A model generated the notes under the pieces. The model worked only from the letters and a program-made list of their open reading frames with translations. It ran no database searches and was not told where the DNA came from. Below are positions 27,612-38,264 of a stretch of DNA of 39,118 bases, piece by piece. This DNA comes from Proteobacteria bacterium UBA1858 (lineage in GTDB: Bacteria > Pseudomonadota > Gammaproteobacteria > UBA4575): contig DDIE01000014.1 of NCBI GenBank assembly GCA_002338385.1, positions 1 to 39,118 on the forward strand, read 5' to 3'. A program made the position numbers and the translations under genes. Position 1 is the first letter of the stretch, and each line of letters starts with the position of its first letter.

Positions 27612-28343
27612 ATGAACGAACAAAAACCTGATGAAGTTATCATCAGTCAGACCGTGGCTATACTCATCGACGGCAACAACATTGAACGCAGTATTCACGA
27701 TCAAACAAATGATCCAAACACCATGCTCAATTTCGATCGCCTGATTCCAAAGTTATTGGGTAACCGAGGACTTAATAGATTAATTTATTTTCGTGAAGGC
27801 AAACAGATCTCACAAAAACTACGCGATCGTTTGCACGAATTTTTTCATGGCTCAGTTCGCCCCTGCCACAAATCAGCCGACATTCCACTGTCTATTAATG
27901 CTATGCAACTGGCCAGCAAGGTGGATACGATTGTTATCATGTCGGGTGATTCTGACTATATCGAACTGGTCCGTCATCTTAAGTCAGAAGGTGTACGGGT
28001 AGAAATCGCCTCAGTTGATGCCACGACCTCGAATATTATTAAGGAAGAATGTGATCATCATTATCGGATCAACGATGATGACTGGTTTACCTATGCCCCC
28101 AAGCAGAGTGTCAATAACAAAAATAACAAGCGTCGCAATAATAAAAAGTTTGCTGATGATAAAAAAGCTGACAAAGATAACACTGGCAAACAAGTCACTG
28201 GCGAACAGCAGCATGACGAACAACAACCTAGTTCTAACGAGTCAGATATCTTGACTACTGTTAAGCAGACGACCAATCAGTATGAGCCGGAATACCCGCA
28301 GTCTCAATATATCGGCAACGACCAAACGACACCGAATGCCTAA
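27612..28343 (+). CDS. NYN (LabA-like, PIN-fold) domain protein with low-complexity C-terminal tail
   Basis: 243-aa ORF with NYN motifs (VAILIDGNN, IVIMSGDSDYIELVRHLKSEGVRVEIAS). The last ~85 aa form an N/K/Q/D/E-rich tail (NNKNNKRRNNKKFADDKKADKDN...). Confidence 0.8.
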   Translation: MNEQKPDEVIISQTVAILIDGNNIERSIHDQTNDPNTMLNFDRLIPKLLGNRGLNRLIYFREGKQISQKLRDRLHEFFHGSVRPCHKSADIPLSINAMQLASKVDTIVIMSGDSDYIELVRHLKSEGVRVEIASVDATTSNIIKEECDHHYRINDDDWFTYAPKQSVNNKNNKRRNNKKFADDKKADKDNTGKQVTGEQQHDEQQPSSNESDILTTVKQTTNQYEPEYPQSQYIGNDQTTPNA

Positions 28344-28354
28344 ACCCATGCCAC

Positions 28355-28378
28355 GACCTCAGCTGTAAAGCTGAGGTC
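28355..28378. terminator. hairpin between convergent genes (probable bidirectional terminator)
   Basis: Perfect 9-bp stem GACCTCAGC / GCTGAGGTC with a 6-nt loop. It lies 12 nt after the NYN gene stop and 13 nt after the stop of the minus-strand gene. There is no U-tract on either side. Confidence 0.55.
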
Positions 28379-28390
28379 TCAAAGCAGCAA

Positions 28391-28780
28391 TCAGCGTTCG
28401 GCATCACCTTGCCAGAGCATCTCATAACCAATCTCATAAGCGTCTTGGGCGTAATCCACTAAGCTTGCAAATTTCTCTTTGAATATACTGTCAGCATGCG
28501 ATTTTTCATGCTGCTCGAATGATTGCCAATAGGTCACGATAGCAATATGATCATCCGTTGTTTTATTAGCGTCTACTGAACCTTCATCTGATATAAAGCC
28601 AGTGAACTTATATACTTGTCCACCAATAAAGCCACCCTGGTCGTCGCCGTAAGTATTTTTTACGACATTACACATTTCGCCCAGGATCATTTCGACATCC
28701 TCTACCGCTACACCCTCTTTGAGCGTAACGACGTTATATAACATCACACAGCCAAAAGGCACTGCTAATGGTTCAAACAT
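28391..28780 (-). CDS. hypothetical protein, possibly ABM/dimeric alpha-beta-barrel-like
   Basis: 129-aa ORF with a very strong SD (AGGAGGGAGT immediately before the ATG). The segment IAIVTYWQSFEQHEKSH resembles the ABM-domain signature. The assignment is tentative. Confidence 0.55.
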   Translation of the reverse strand: MFEPLAVPFGCVMLYNVVTLKEGVAVEDVEMILGEMCNVVKNTYGDDQGGFIGGQVYKFTGFISDEGSVDANKTTDDHIAIVTYWQSFEQHEKSHADSIFKEKFASLVDYAQDAYEIGYEMLWQGDAER

Positions 28781-28914
28781 ACTCCCTCCTGATAATGTTG
28801 GGATTGCATTTTTAGATGGGCAATCAGACTAGCTTCGACGCCCACTATATTAGTATTAATGAATATAACATGCCTGACCTTTCCGTCTATAGATATAAGG
28901 CTTAGACTTACACC

Positions 28915-29274
28915 ATGCTAACAAGAATACTGGTCATCCTCATCATCTCCAGCGCGTCAGTGTGGGCCGCCTACGCGGGCGTGAGAGCCTATTACACGCC
29001 GGCTAGTGGCGCACAAGATATCGTCATTTATACCACTCAGTGGTGCCCTTACTGTAAGGCACTGCGCAATACTCTGGCGCGGTATCAGATTCCGTACACA
29101 GAATACGACACAGAGAAATCGCTGCATGGCTTTCTCGCCTACCAGGTGCTCGGTCGTCAGGGTGTGCCTATTATTGTTTTAGGCGAACGTATTTATCACG
29201 GCTATGATGGACAGGTATTGACCGAGGCATTAGCGGATGCAGGCCATGAAATAAGCAGTGCTTGGGATGAGTAA
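28915..29274 (+). CDS. glutaredoxin-family protein with N-terminal signal/anchor
   Basis: 119-aa ORF. It has an N-terminal hydrophobic segment (LTRILVILIISSASVWAAYA) followed by a glutaredoxin fold with the CPYC active site (IVIYTTQWCPYCKAL ... GVPIIVLG). Confidence 0.75.
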   Translation: MLTRILVILIISSASVWAAYAGVRAYYTPASGAQDIVIYTTQWCPYCKALRNTLARYQIPYTEYDTEKSLHGFLAYQVLGRQGVPIIVLGERIYHGYDGQVLTEALADAGHEISSAWDE

Positions 29275-29447
29275 GCCGCCACGTGAATACGCAAGATAGA
29301 ATCGTCACCCATTATATATCAATGCTAATTATTAACTTTGTTAACGATTAACAGTCTAGCCAAAGTGGCACACATGAGATTTTAGGCCAGGCTTCATGCC
29401 ATGCAGGGCAATAGCATGCCAAAGTCTTAGCGTGTGCGTGCGATCAA

Positions 29448-31540
<2,093 letters not shown>

Positions 31541-31556
31541 ACAAGAGGAACAGCCA

Positions 31557-31883
31557 TTGAGTTTTAGAGAAATGTCTGCGCGACAATTGAGCGAATACCT
31601 AGCCACCGCCAGCACCCGTCCCGTGCTGATTGATGTGCGTGAACCTTGGGAGTATCACACTTGTCATATACAGCACACGCAACTGATACCCATGCGCCAA
31701 ATTCCAACCGCTATGAATGAACTCGATCCTGATCAAGAGACCGTCATTATCTGTCATCATGGCATACGCAGTCGCTCGGTGGCTGCCTATCTTGCTCAAA
31801 ATGACTTTAGCAATATTATTAACTTATCTGGAGGTATTGATGAGTGGGCAAAAACAGTCGACCACACCATGCCCCTGTACTAA
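31557..31883 (+). CDS. rhodanese-domain sulfurtransferase (GlpE-like)
   Basis: 108-aa ORF with the active-site loop CHHGIRS. The TTG 31557 start is favoured because AAGAGGAA lies 6-8 nt upstream; ATG 31572 is the alternative. Confidence 0.85.
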   Translation: MSFREMSARQLSEYLATASTRPVLIDVREPWEYHTCHIQHTQLIPMRQIPTAMNELDPDQETVIICHHGIRSRSVAAYLAQNDFSNIINLSGGIDEWAKTVDHTMPLY

Positions 31884-31985
31884 TGACAGCAATGCCAAAC
31901 TCTATCTCATGACTTGTAATTACTGTAATCTTAATGCGCAACGTGCTGCTAAATGCGCGCCGAATAACTATTCTGAACCCAGACT

Positions 31986-33311
31986 ATGACCACAGCTGCC
32001 AAGCTTACCGCCGTTACCGCTGTTATTTACCTAGCTGTGGCAACACCACTCCACGCGCAGGGGCTGGCTGAAGTGTATTTGCTCGCACAAAAACAGGACC
32101 CGATCATCAAACAGGCCGAAGCTAACTATCACGCCGCAGCGCAAGCACGACCGCTCGCACGAGCTGCCCTATTACCTCAGATTAGTTTCTCTGCTGAAAA
32201 CTCAGAAAACCGACTGGAAGTGAAGGGGAATACGTTTGGTGTGCCCGGCTCCAAGGTGGACTACAACACTAAGGGTTATCAGCTAGGGCTCACCCAATCT
32301 CTCTATAATCGTGATTTCTACATTCAACTCAGACAATCAAAGAATATAGTTGCTCGGGCGCAAATTGAATGGGACTTATCAAAACAAGATCTGATGATTC
32401 GTTTGATTGAGGCCTACTTTAATGTCTTATCTGCGCGCGATACCCTCACTTATGCCCGCGCGGAAAAACGCGCGATTGGGCGTCAGCTTGAGCAAGCTGA
32501 AAATCGGTTTGAGGTTGGTTTATCTGCCATCACCGATGTCAAAGACGCTCAATCATCTTATGACTTGTCCGTGGCGCAAGAAATTGCAGCCAGCACTGCG
32601 CTGGAAACTAGTCTGGATAATTTAGCCATGATGACGGGTGAGCGTTTAGAGATGTTTGCCCAGCGCGCAGACAACATCAATCCTGTGGTACCAGAACCCG
32701 CAGACATCCAGACATGGCTTGACACTGCACTGACACAAAACCTACGCCTGTTAATCAATGAATATGAAACGACGATTGCCCAGCAAGACATAAAACGGAG
32801 TCAGTCAGGTTATTACCCCACTCTGGATATCGTAGCCAGCCATAGTGATGTCGAGAGTGGTGGCCTTACCGGAGACCGAGAATCAAAAGACTCGAAAATT
32901 GGTCTAGAACTCAACTTTCCTATCTTCCGGGGCGGTGGTACCTATTACCAAACCAAGGAAAGTCGCTTCCTGTATCAAGCCTCGCTGCAGGCGCATGAGC
33001 AAATTAAGCGTGAAGTCACGCGTGATACACGTCAGGCCTACCACAATGTTGTCGCAGGCGTCAGTCAGGTACAGGCATTGGCAAAAGCGCTAGAGTCAGC
33101 ACAAGTCAGTGCCGAGGCTAACGAAATTGGGTTTGAAGTCGGCACCAGAACCACGATTGATGTGCTGCTGTCGCTGCGCGCGGTGTATCAGGCGCAACGG
33201 GATTTATCGCGCGCACGCTACGATCATCTGATCGATACTTTACAACTGAAATATGCCGCCGGCACGCTCAACAATGAAGATATCATGCTGATCGACCAAG
33301 CCATGCATTAA
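31986..33311 (+). CDS. tolC: outer-membrane efflux channel protein TolC
   Basis: 441-aa ORF with a signal peptide (AVATPLHAQG). The N-terminus (LAEVYLLAQKQDPIIKQAEANYHAA) and the tandem OEP repeats are typical of TolC. Confidence 0.9.
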   Translation: MTTAAKLTAVTAVIYLAVATPLHAQGLAEVYLLAQKQDPIIKQAEANYHAAAQARPLARAALLPQISFSAENSENRLEVKGNTFGVPGSKVDYNTKGYQLGLTQSLYNRDFYIQLRQSKNIVARAQIEWDLSKQDLMIRLIEAYFNVLSARDTLTYARAEKRAIGRQLEQAENRFEVGLSAITDVKDAQSSYDLSVAQEIAASTALETSLDNLAMMTGERLEMFAQRADNINPVVPEPADIQTWLDTALTQNLRLLINEYETTIAQQDIKRSQSGYYPTLDIVASHSDVESGGLTGDRESKDSKIGLELNFPIFRGGGTYYQTKESRFLYQASLQAHEQIKREVTRDTRQAYHNVVAGVSQVQALAKALESAQVSAEANEIGFEVGTRTTIDVLLSLRAVYQAQRDLSRARYDHLIDTLQLKYAAGTLNNEDIMLIDQAMH

Positions 33312-33344
33312 CACTCCGCTAGCACTCAGTCTGTCTGCTGCCGG

Positions 33345-34271
33345 CTAGTCGTTTGCCTCACTCAGCCAATCTTTATATTGATCTACCTCACCATGCACAA
33401 TCTGGAAATAGGTCGCTTGCAGTTTTTCAGTAATCGGCCCGCGGGAACCATTGCCAATAGGACGCTGATCTAATTCCCTAATCGGCGTCACCTCTGCGGC
33501 AGTGCCTGTGAAAAACGCCTCATCAGCGATGTATACCTCATCGCGTGAAATTTGTTTCTCAACCACGGGTATTTGCATTTGCTTGGCGATAGTAATGATC
33601 GTTTGACGAGTTATTCCATCCAACGCCGAACTCAGTTCTGGTGTATATAAGATTCCGTCCCTGACAATAAACACATTCTCCCCACTGCCTTCTGCAACAA
33701 AGCCTTGTGGGTCGAGCATCAGCGCTTCATCATAGCCATCCTGCGCAGCGTCTTGCAAAGCCAACATAGAATTCACATAGTGACCGTTCACTTTGGCTTT
33801 ACACATCGTGGCATTAGCATGATGACGTGTGAATGAGGACGTCTTGACCTTGATACCGTTTTCTAATTTTTCCTTACCCATGTAGGCGCCCCACTCCCAG
33901 GCCGCCACAATACAATGCACTTGCAAAGCTTCTGCGCGCAAGCCCATACCTTCAGAGCCATAAAAACACATCGGACGGATGTAGCCGTATCTCATATCAT
34001 TGGCCTGTACCACCTCAATCTGAGCCTGATTGAGTTGTTGCGCACTAAAAGGTACTTTCATACCGATGATCTTTGCCGAGTTGAGCAGTCGTTTAGTGTG
34101 GTCTTGCAAACGAAAAATTGCTGTACCGATAGTGCCATCATAGGCACGCACACCCTCAAATACACCTGCCCCGTAGTGCAAAGTGTGTGTCAGCACATGG
34201 GTTTCAGCATCACGCCAATCCACCATCTCACCATCACGCCAAATTTTCCCATCTCTGTCTGACATCGACAT
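33345..34271 (-). CDS. ilvE: branched-chain-amino-acid aminotransferase
   Basis: 308-aa ORF with class IV aminotransferase motifs (HYGAGVFEGVRAY, YIRP, EGSGENVF, GITR) and an IlvE-like length. It lies 19 nt downstream of glnE. Confidence 0.95.
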   Translation of the reverse strand: MSMSDRDGKIWRDGEMVDWRDAETHVLTHTLHYGAGVFEGVRAYDGTIGTAIFRLQDHTKRLLNSAKIIGMKVPFSAQQLNQAQIEVVQANDMRYGYIRPMCFYGSEGMGLRAEALQVHCIVAAWEWGAYMGKEKLENGIKVKTSSFTRHHANATMCKAKVNGHYVNSMLALQDAAQDGYDEALMLDPQGFVAEGSGENVFIVRDGILYTPELSSALDGITRQTIITIAKQMQIPVVEKQISRDEVYIADEAFFTGTAAEVTPIRELDQRPIGNGSRGPITEKLQATYFQIVHGEVDQYKDWLSEAND

Positions 34272-34290
34272 ATGTTCTTCTCCTAATCCT

Positions 34291-37104
34291 TTAACGACCT
34301 ATAATTTGATTCCAGCATTCTCTAACTTTTTCGCGCGCGGAAATATACTCTTGACTAGATACTTCTGGTTTACATGCAAGCAGCGCTTTAGTGTGCATCA
34401 CTTGTCGATACTGACGGTAAATGTCACTTAACTCTTGTGCTGTAGCGGCCGGTATCACAGCGATATCCGCGCAACACTCTAACAGACGGATGTTGTCTGA
34501 GTACATACACAGTTCAGCATGATCACTGGCATATGCCAGCACCATATATTGCACCATAAATTCAATGTCCGTGATACCTCCAAGATCATGCTTGAGATGG
34601 AATCGGCGAGCATCCTTGCTGGCTTTTTCAGCCAACATTTTCTGGCGCATAGTATTCACCTCCTGTGCCAATTGCTGGGGATCTCTCGCCTGCCTCAAAA
34701 TCGATTGGCGCAGGTCATTGAACTGTGTCACCAGCGACTCATCACCAGCAATGCAGCGCGCGCGCACCAGCGCTTGAATCTCCCAAATCCAGGCCCGTTG
34801 CTGATAATAATCACGCATAAAATCAAAACTCGTGAGCAGCGCTCCAGCGGCCCCATCGGGGCGTAAGCGGGTATCGACCTCGTATAATCGACCACTGACC
34901 GTCTGCAAGGTCAACATTTGGGTTAAACGTTGCACCAGGTGTGTGCTTTTGGTTATCTGCAGTTGGCGCGAGGCTTGATCTGACTGTTCTACAGGTAGAT
35001 TTTTAGCTACATACACAAGGTCTAGGTCAGAACCATAACTCATCTCCAGACCGCCCAGCTTACCGAATGCAATGACCCCAATATGGTCTCTAATATCGCT
35101 GCCAAAGTCCTGTCTGAGACAGCTTATACAGCCATTCACCATCACCTCGGCCAGCCAGCTGAGCTGATCACTGACACGCATCAAAGTCAGTGTGCCACTG
35201 ACATCAGCGCAGGCAATACGTAATTCATGTGCATGCTTGAAGTAGCGAACACGCTCCAATATTTGCTCGTACGATAGCGCCTGATGGCTGAGTACTTGCG
35301 CTTGAAAATGATCCTGTAACACCAGGCGATCTGTAAAATCCTGTGCGGTGAGCGGATGCACTAACTCATCCAACAGCAGCGGATATGTAGTCAGGTGGTT
35401 GACTATCCATGGGCTTGCCGTGCTCACCTTGATGAGTTGCTTAAGGATGGCCTCGTTTTCATCCAGCATGACTAAATATATCGAACGCCGCAGGATACTC
35501 TGCACCAGCATGAATAAATCTGACAGTGATTTCTCAGCGAGATCGGCATCCACCAGCTGACTTAAAAAATTGGGCATAAAGCTGTTCAAACGTGATCGTC
35601 CCAAACTGTCTTGCTTACGATAAGCAACACTATTAACCAATTTCCCAAGTTGCAGATGCAACTGTTGTGGTAATTTAAAGCCTGACTCAGATAACAGGCT
35701 GGTATAGTCATCGCCCTGTTCAGAGGCATACTTATCCCAAATCAAGCAGTAGCTGCTGCGATCAGTTGGCTGCTCTTGATCGCTTCTTATTTTTAGGAAT
35801 ACAGCATTAACATGGTTTCTGTGCATAGCCAGTTGCTGCTGGAAACCAGCCGCTGTCTCAAAACCCATCGACCGGGCGAGCAAGACTTGGTCGTCTGGTT
35901 TGTCCGGCAGCTGATGAGTCTGCTCATCTTCCGACATTTGCAGACGATTTTCGGTTTGACGCAAAAATTTATATGCTGCTAGCAGAGCACTGACTTCCTG
36001 TTGAGTGAGATAACCCAGCTGGGCAATGAACTGACTCGCGTCGAAAATATGGTTAGTTTGTAATGCTAATTCGCGACCACCATAAACCAGTTGAAAAAAT
36101 TGAATAATAAATTCAATTTCTCGAATACCGCCCTGGCCGAGCTTAATATTATCGCTATTACCCTTTTGGATTTCCTGCTGGGCAATTAAGTCTTTCATTT
36201 CGCGCAGGGTATGGATGACAGTGAAATCCACATACTTGCGGTAGACAAAATTCTGCCTGATGCTAGCAAAGATACGTTGCTCATGGTCGCTGCCTGTCAA
36301 CATGCGTGCCTTCAAAAACGCGTAGCGTTCCCACTCACGTCCATGCGTAATAAAATACTCCTCCAGGCTATCAAAGCTGACCACTAACGGACCGGATTCA
36401 CCAAATGGCCGTAATCGGCAGTCGATCCGATAGACAAAACCGTCAACAGTCTGACTGCCCAGCAGATCAATCAATTTCTGGCCGAGCAAAGTAAAGTATT
36501 CTTGATGAGTGATCGCGCTTGGCCCCGCGGTTTGTCCTGCACCGCTGTAACAGAACACTAAATCGATATCAGATGAAAAATTTAATTCACGTCCACCCAA
36601 CTTGCCTAACGCCAACACACACATCTCAGCCGCTTGCTGGTTCTCCATCAGCGGCTGACCATGTTTGCTTTGTAAGCGCTCATGCAGCCAAGCGACACTC
36701 ACTTGGACACAGACATCAGCCACATTACTCAAGGCGGTCAGGATTGTTTCGATGGCTGTATTCAGAATCAATTCTTGCCAGCAAATCAAGAGACACTGGA
36801 AGTGACGAAATTCTCGTATGCATTGCTTGTATTGTTGCTCATCGTCGAGTCCAGCGAGACGCACTGACAGGTTCTTGTGCAAGCAAGGCAGGCTTTGATC
36901 GATACTACCGCTGATTGTCAATAATTCATCCAACTGATGGGGGTAACGCTGACAAACACGCATGGCATAGGGGCTTTGCTGCCACAATAACTGAATATCA
37001 CGTTGCTGTTGTTGAGCAATTGTCTGCCTGTTGTGCGCGCGCATGAACGCTTGCCAAGCATGTTGAATGGCGGGATCGATCTGCACGAAATCGCTATTTT
37101 TCAA
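34291..37104 (-). CDS. glnE: bifunctional glutamine synthetase adenylyltransferase/adenylyl-removing enzyme
   Basis: 937-aa ORF with a TTG start. It has two nucleotidyltransferase modules (GKLGGRELNFSSDIDLVF and GKLGGLEMSYGSDLDLVYV), each followed by a GlnE C-domain. Confidence 0.95.
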   Translation of the reverse strand: MKNSDFVQIDPAIQHAWQAFMRAHNRQTIAQQQQRDIQLLWQQSPYAMRVCQRYPHQLDELLTISGSIDQSLPCLHKNLSVRLAGLDDEQQYKQCIREFRHFQCLLICWQELILNTAIETILTALSNVADVCVQVSVAWLHERLQSKHGQPLMENQQAAEMCVLALGKLGGRELNFSSDIDLVFCYSGAGQTAGPSAITHQEYFTLLGQKLIDLLGSQTVDGFVYRIDCRLRPFGESGPLVVSFDSLEEYFITHGREWERYAFLKARMLTGSDHEQRIFASIRQNFVYRKYVDFTVIHTLREMKDLIAQQEIQKGNSDNIKLGQGGIREIEFIIQFFQLVYGGRELALQTNHIFDASQFIAQLGYLTQQEVSALLAAYKFLRQTENRLQMSEDEQTHQLPDKPDDQVLLARSMGFETAAGFQQQLAMHRNHVNAVFLKIRSDQEQPTDRSSYCLIWDKYASEQGDDYTSLLSESGFKLPQQLHLQLGKLVNSVAYRKQDSLGRSRLNSFMPNFLSQLVDADLAEKSLSDLFMLVQSILRRSIYLVMLDENEAILKQLIKVSTASPWIVNHLTTYPLLLDELVHPLTAQDFTDRLVLQDHFQAQVLSHQALSYEQILERVRYFKHAHELRIACADVSGTLTLMRVSDQLSWLAEVMVNGCISCLRQDFGSDIRDHIGVIAFGKLGGLEMSYGSDLDLVYVAKNLPVEQSDQASRQLQITKSTHLVQRLTQMLTLQTVSGRLYEVDTRLRPDGAAGALLTSFDFMRDYYQQRAWIWEIQALVRARCIAGDESLVTQFNDLRQSILRQARDPQQLAQEVNTMRQKMLAEKASKDARRFHLKHDLGGITDIEFMVQYMVLAYASDHAELCMYSDNIRLLECCADIAVIPAATAQELSDIYRQYRQVMHTKALLACKPEVSSQEYISAREKVRECWNQIIGR

Positions 37105-37122
37105 AACGTATACAGCCCTAAT

Positions 37123-37141
37123 TTAAATGAGAATGAGTCTC
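37123..37141. promoter_or_regulatory. Fur-box-like site upstream of the Fe(3+) ABC transporter
   Basis: TTAAATGAGAATGAGTCTC matches the 19-bp Fur consensus GATAATGATAATCATTATC at 12 of 19 positions by my count. It lies 62 nt upstream of the substrate-binding-protein ATG and 19 nt upstream of the divergent glnE TTG. Confidence 0.35.
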
Positions 37142-37202
37142 AACTGTGTTATTATGATGCGCACTTGAATTTCCTCCATTCTTACACACAGTGATTGTTA
37201 AC

Positions 37203-38222
37203 ATGAAATACCAAAATAACAGTGTTATTTGTCTGTTTTTATGCGCCTGCCTTGCTCAATCAGCTCATTCCACGGAAGAATTGAATGTCTATTCTGCGCG
37301 CAAGGAAGCATACATCAAACCCTTGCTTGACCAGTTTGCTGAAGCGAACAAGGTAACGGTTAATCTTGTTACCAGTAAAGCAGATGCCCTCATTCAGCGC
37401 CTCAAGAGTGAGGCTGAGAACACACCGGCTGATGTCTTGATTACAGTGGATGCTGGTCGATTACATCGGGCAAAACAAGCGCAACTTCTGCAGGCCGTCG
37501 GCCGCGCTAGGTTCGCTCAATCCGCACCTGCGCAATATATGGATCCTGAAGGTTACTGGTTTGGTTTGTCACTCAGAGCACGCCCCCTGGTCTATCATCC
37601 ACAGCGCGTCAAGCCGCAGCAACTGTCCAGCTACCAAGCGCTAGCTAATCAAGCCTGGTCAAAACGCATTTGTATACGATCCTCCAATAATATTTATAAC
37701 CAGTCACTGGTTGCTGCCATGATTGCTCATCACGGCATCGATAACACCCAGCAATGGGCTAACCGATTGGTCAAAAATCTGGCCCGTAATCCACAGGGTG
37801 GTGATCGTGATCAAATCAAAGCAGTGGTTGCCGGGCAATGCGATGTGGCCGTGGTGAATACTTACTATCTGGCAAAAATGATGGCGGGCAGTGCCGAGGA
37901 AAAAGCGGTGGCTGATCAAGTCCGAGTATTCTGGGCGAATCAAGACACTCACGGAACGCATGTCAATGTCAGCGGTATCGCAGTCACTAAATATGCCAGC
38001 AATCCTGCCTTGGCGATTAAATTAATTGAGTTTTTATACACCGACCAGGCGCAATCATGGTACGGCGATGTCAATATGGAATATCCAGTGCGCAGCGGTA
38101 TCGTGACCCATCCCACATTGATTTCATGGGGTGAGTTCAAAGCCGATCCGTTAGCCCTTGATCAACTCGGTATTTTTAATTCAGATGCCGTCAAGATTAT
38201 GGATATCGCCGGTTGGAAATAA
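37203..38222 (+). CDS. Fe(3+) ABC transporter substrate-binding protein (FbpA/HitA/SfuA family)
   Basis: 339 aa from ATG 37203 with a signal peptide (MKYQNNSVICLFLCACLAQSAHS). LNVYSARKE...ADVLITVDAGRL and later motifs fit the ferric-iron periplasmic binding protein family. Confidence 0.88.
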   Translation: MKYQNNSVICLFLCACLAQSAHSTEELNVYSARKEAYIKPLLDQFAEANKVTVNLVTSKADALIQRLKSEAENTPADVLITVDAGRLHRAKQAQLLQAVGRARFAQSAPAQYMDPEGYWFGLSLRARPLVYHPQRVKPQQLSSYQALANQAWSKRICIRSSNNIYNQSLVAAMIAHHGIDNTQQWANRLVKNLARNPQGGDRDQIKAVVAGQCDVAVVNTYYLAKMMAGSAEEKAVADQVRVFWANQDTHGTHVNVSGIAVTKYASNPALAIKLIEFLYTDQAQSWYGDVNMEYPVRSGIVTHPTLISWGEFKADPLALDQLGIFNSDAVKIMDIAGWK

Positions 38223-38264
38223 GCGCGGGCACTCACTTCTACGGACTCGATCAAATTGTTCACT

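Noticed and set aside
28018-28360. An exact 13-nt direct repeat, ATGCCACGACCTC, at 28018-28030 and 28348-28360. It brackets the low-complexity tail of the NYN gene and suggested an insertion with a target-site duplication.
   Set aside because: My rough estimate is that a 13-mer recurring within about 350 nt is only marginally unexpected. No inverted repeats, transposase or frame disruption accompany it, and the second copy is simply the 5' flank of the terminator hairpin. It may be worth a quick check against homologues lacking the tail.
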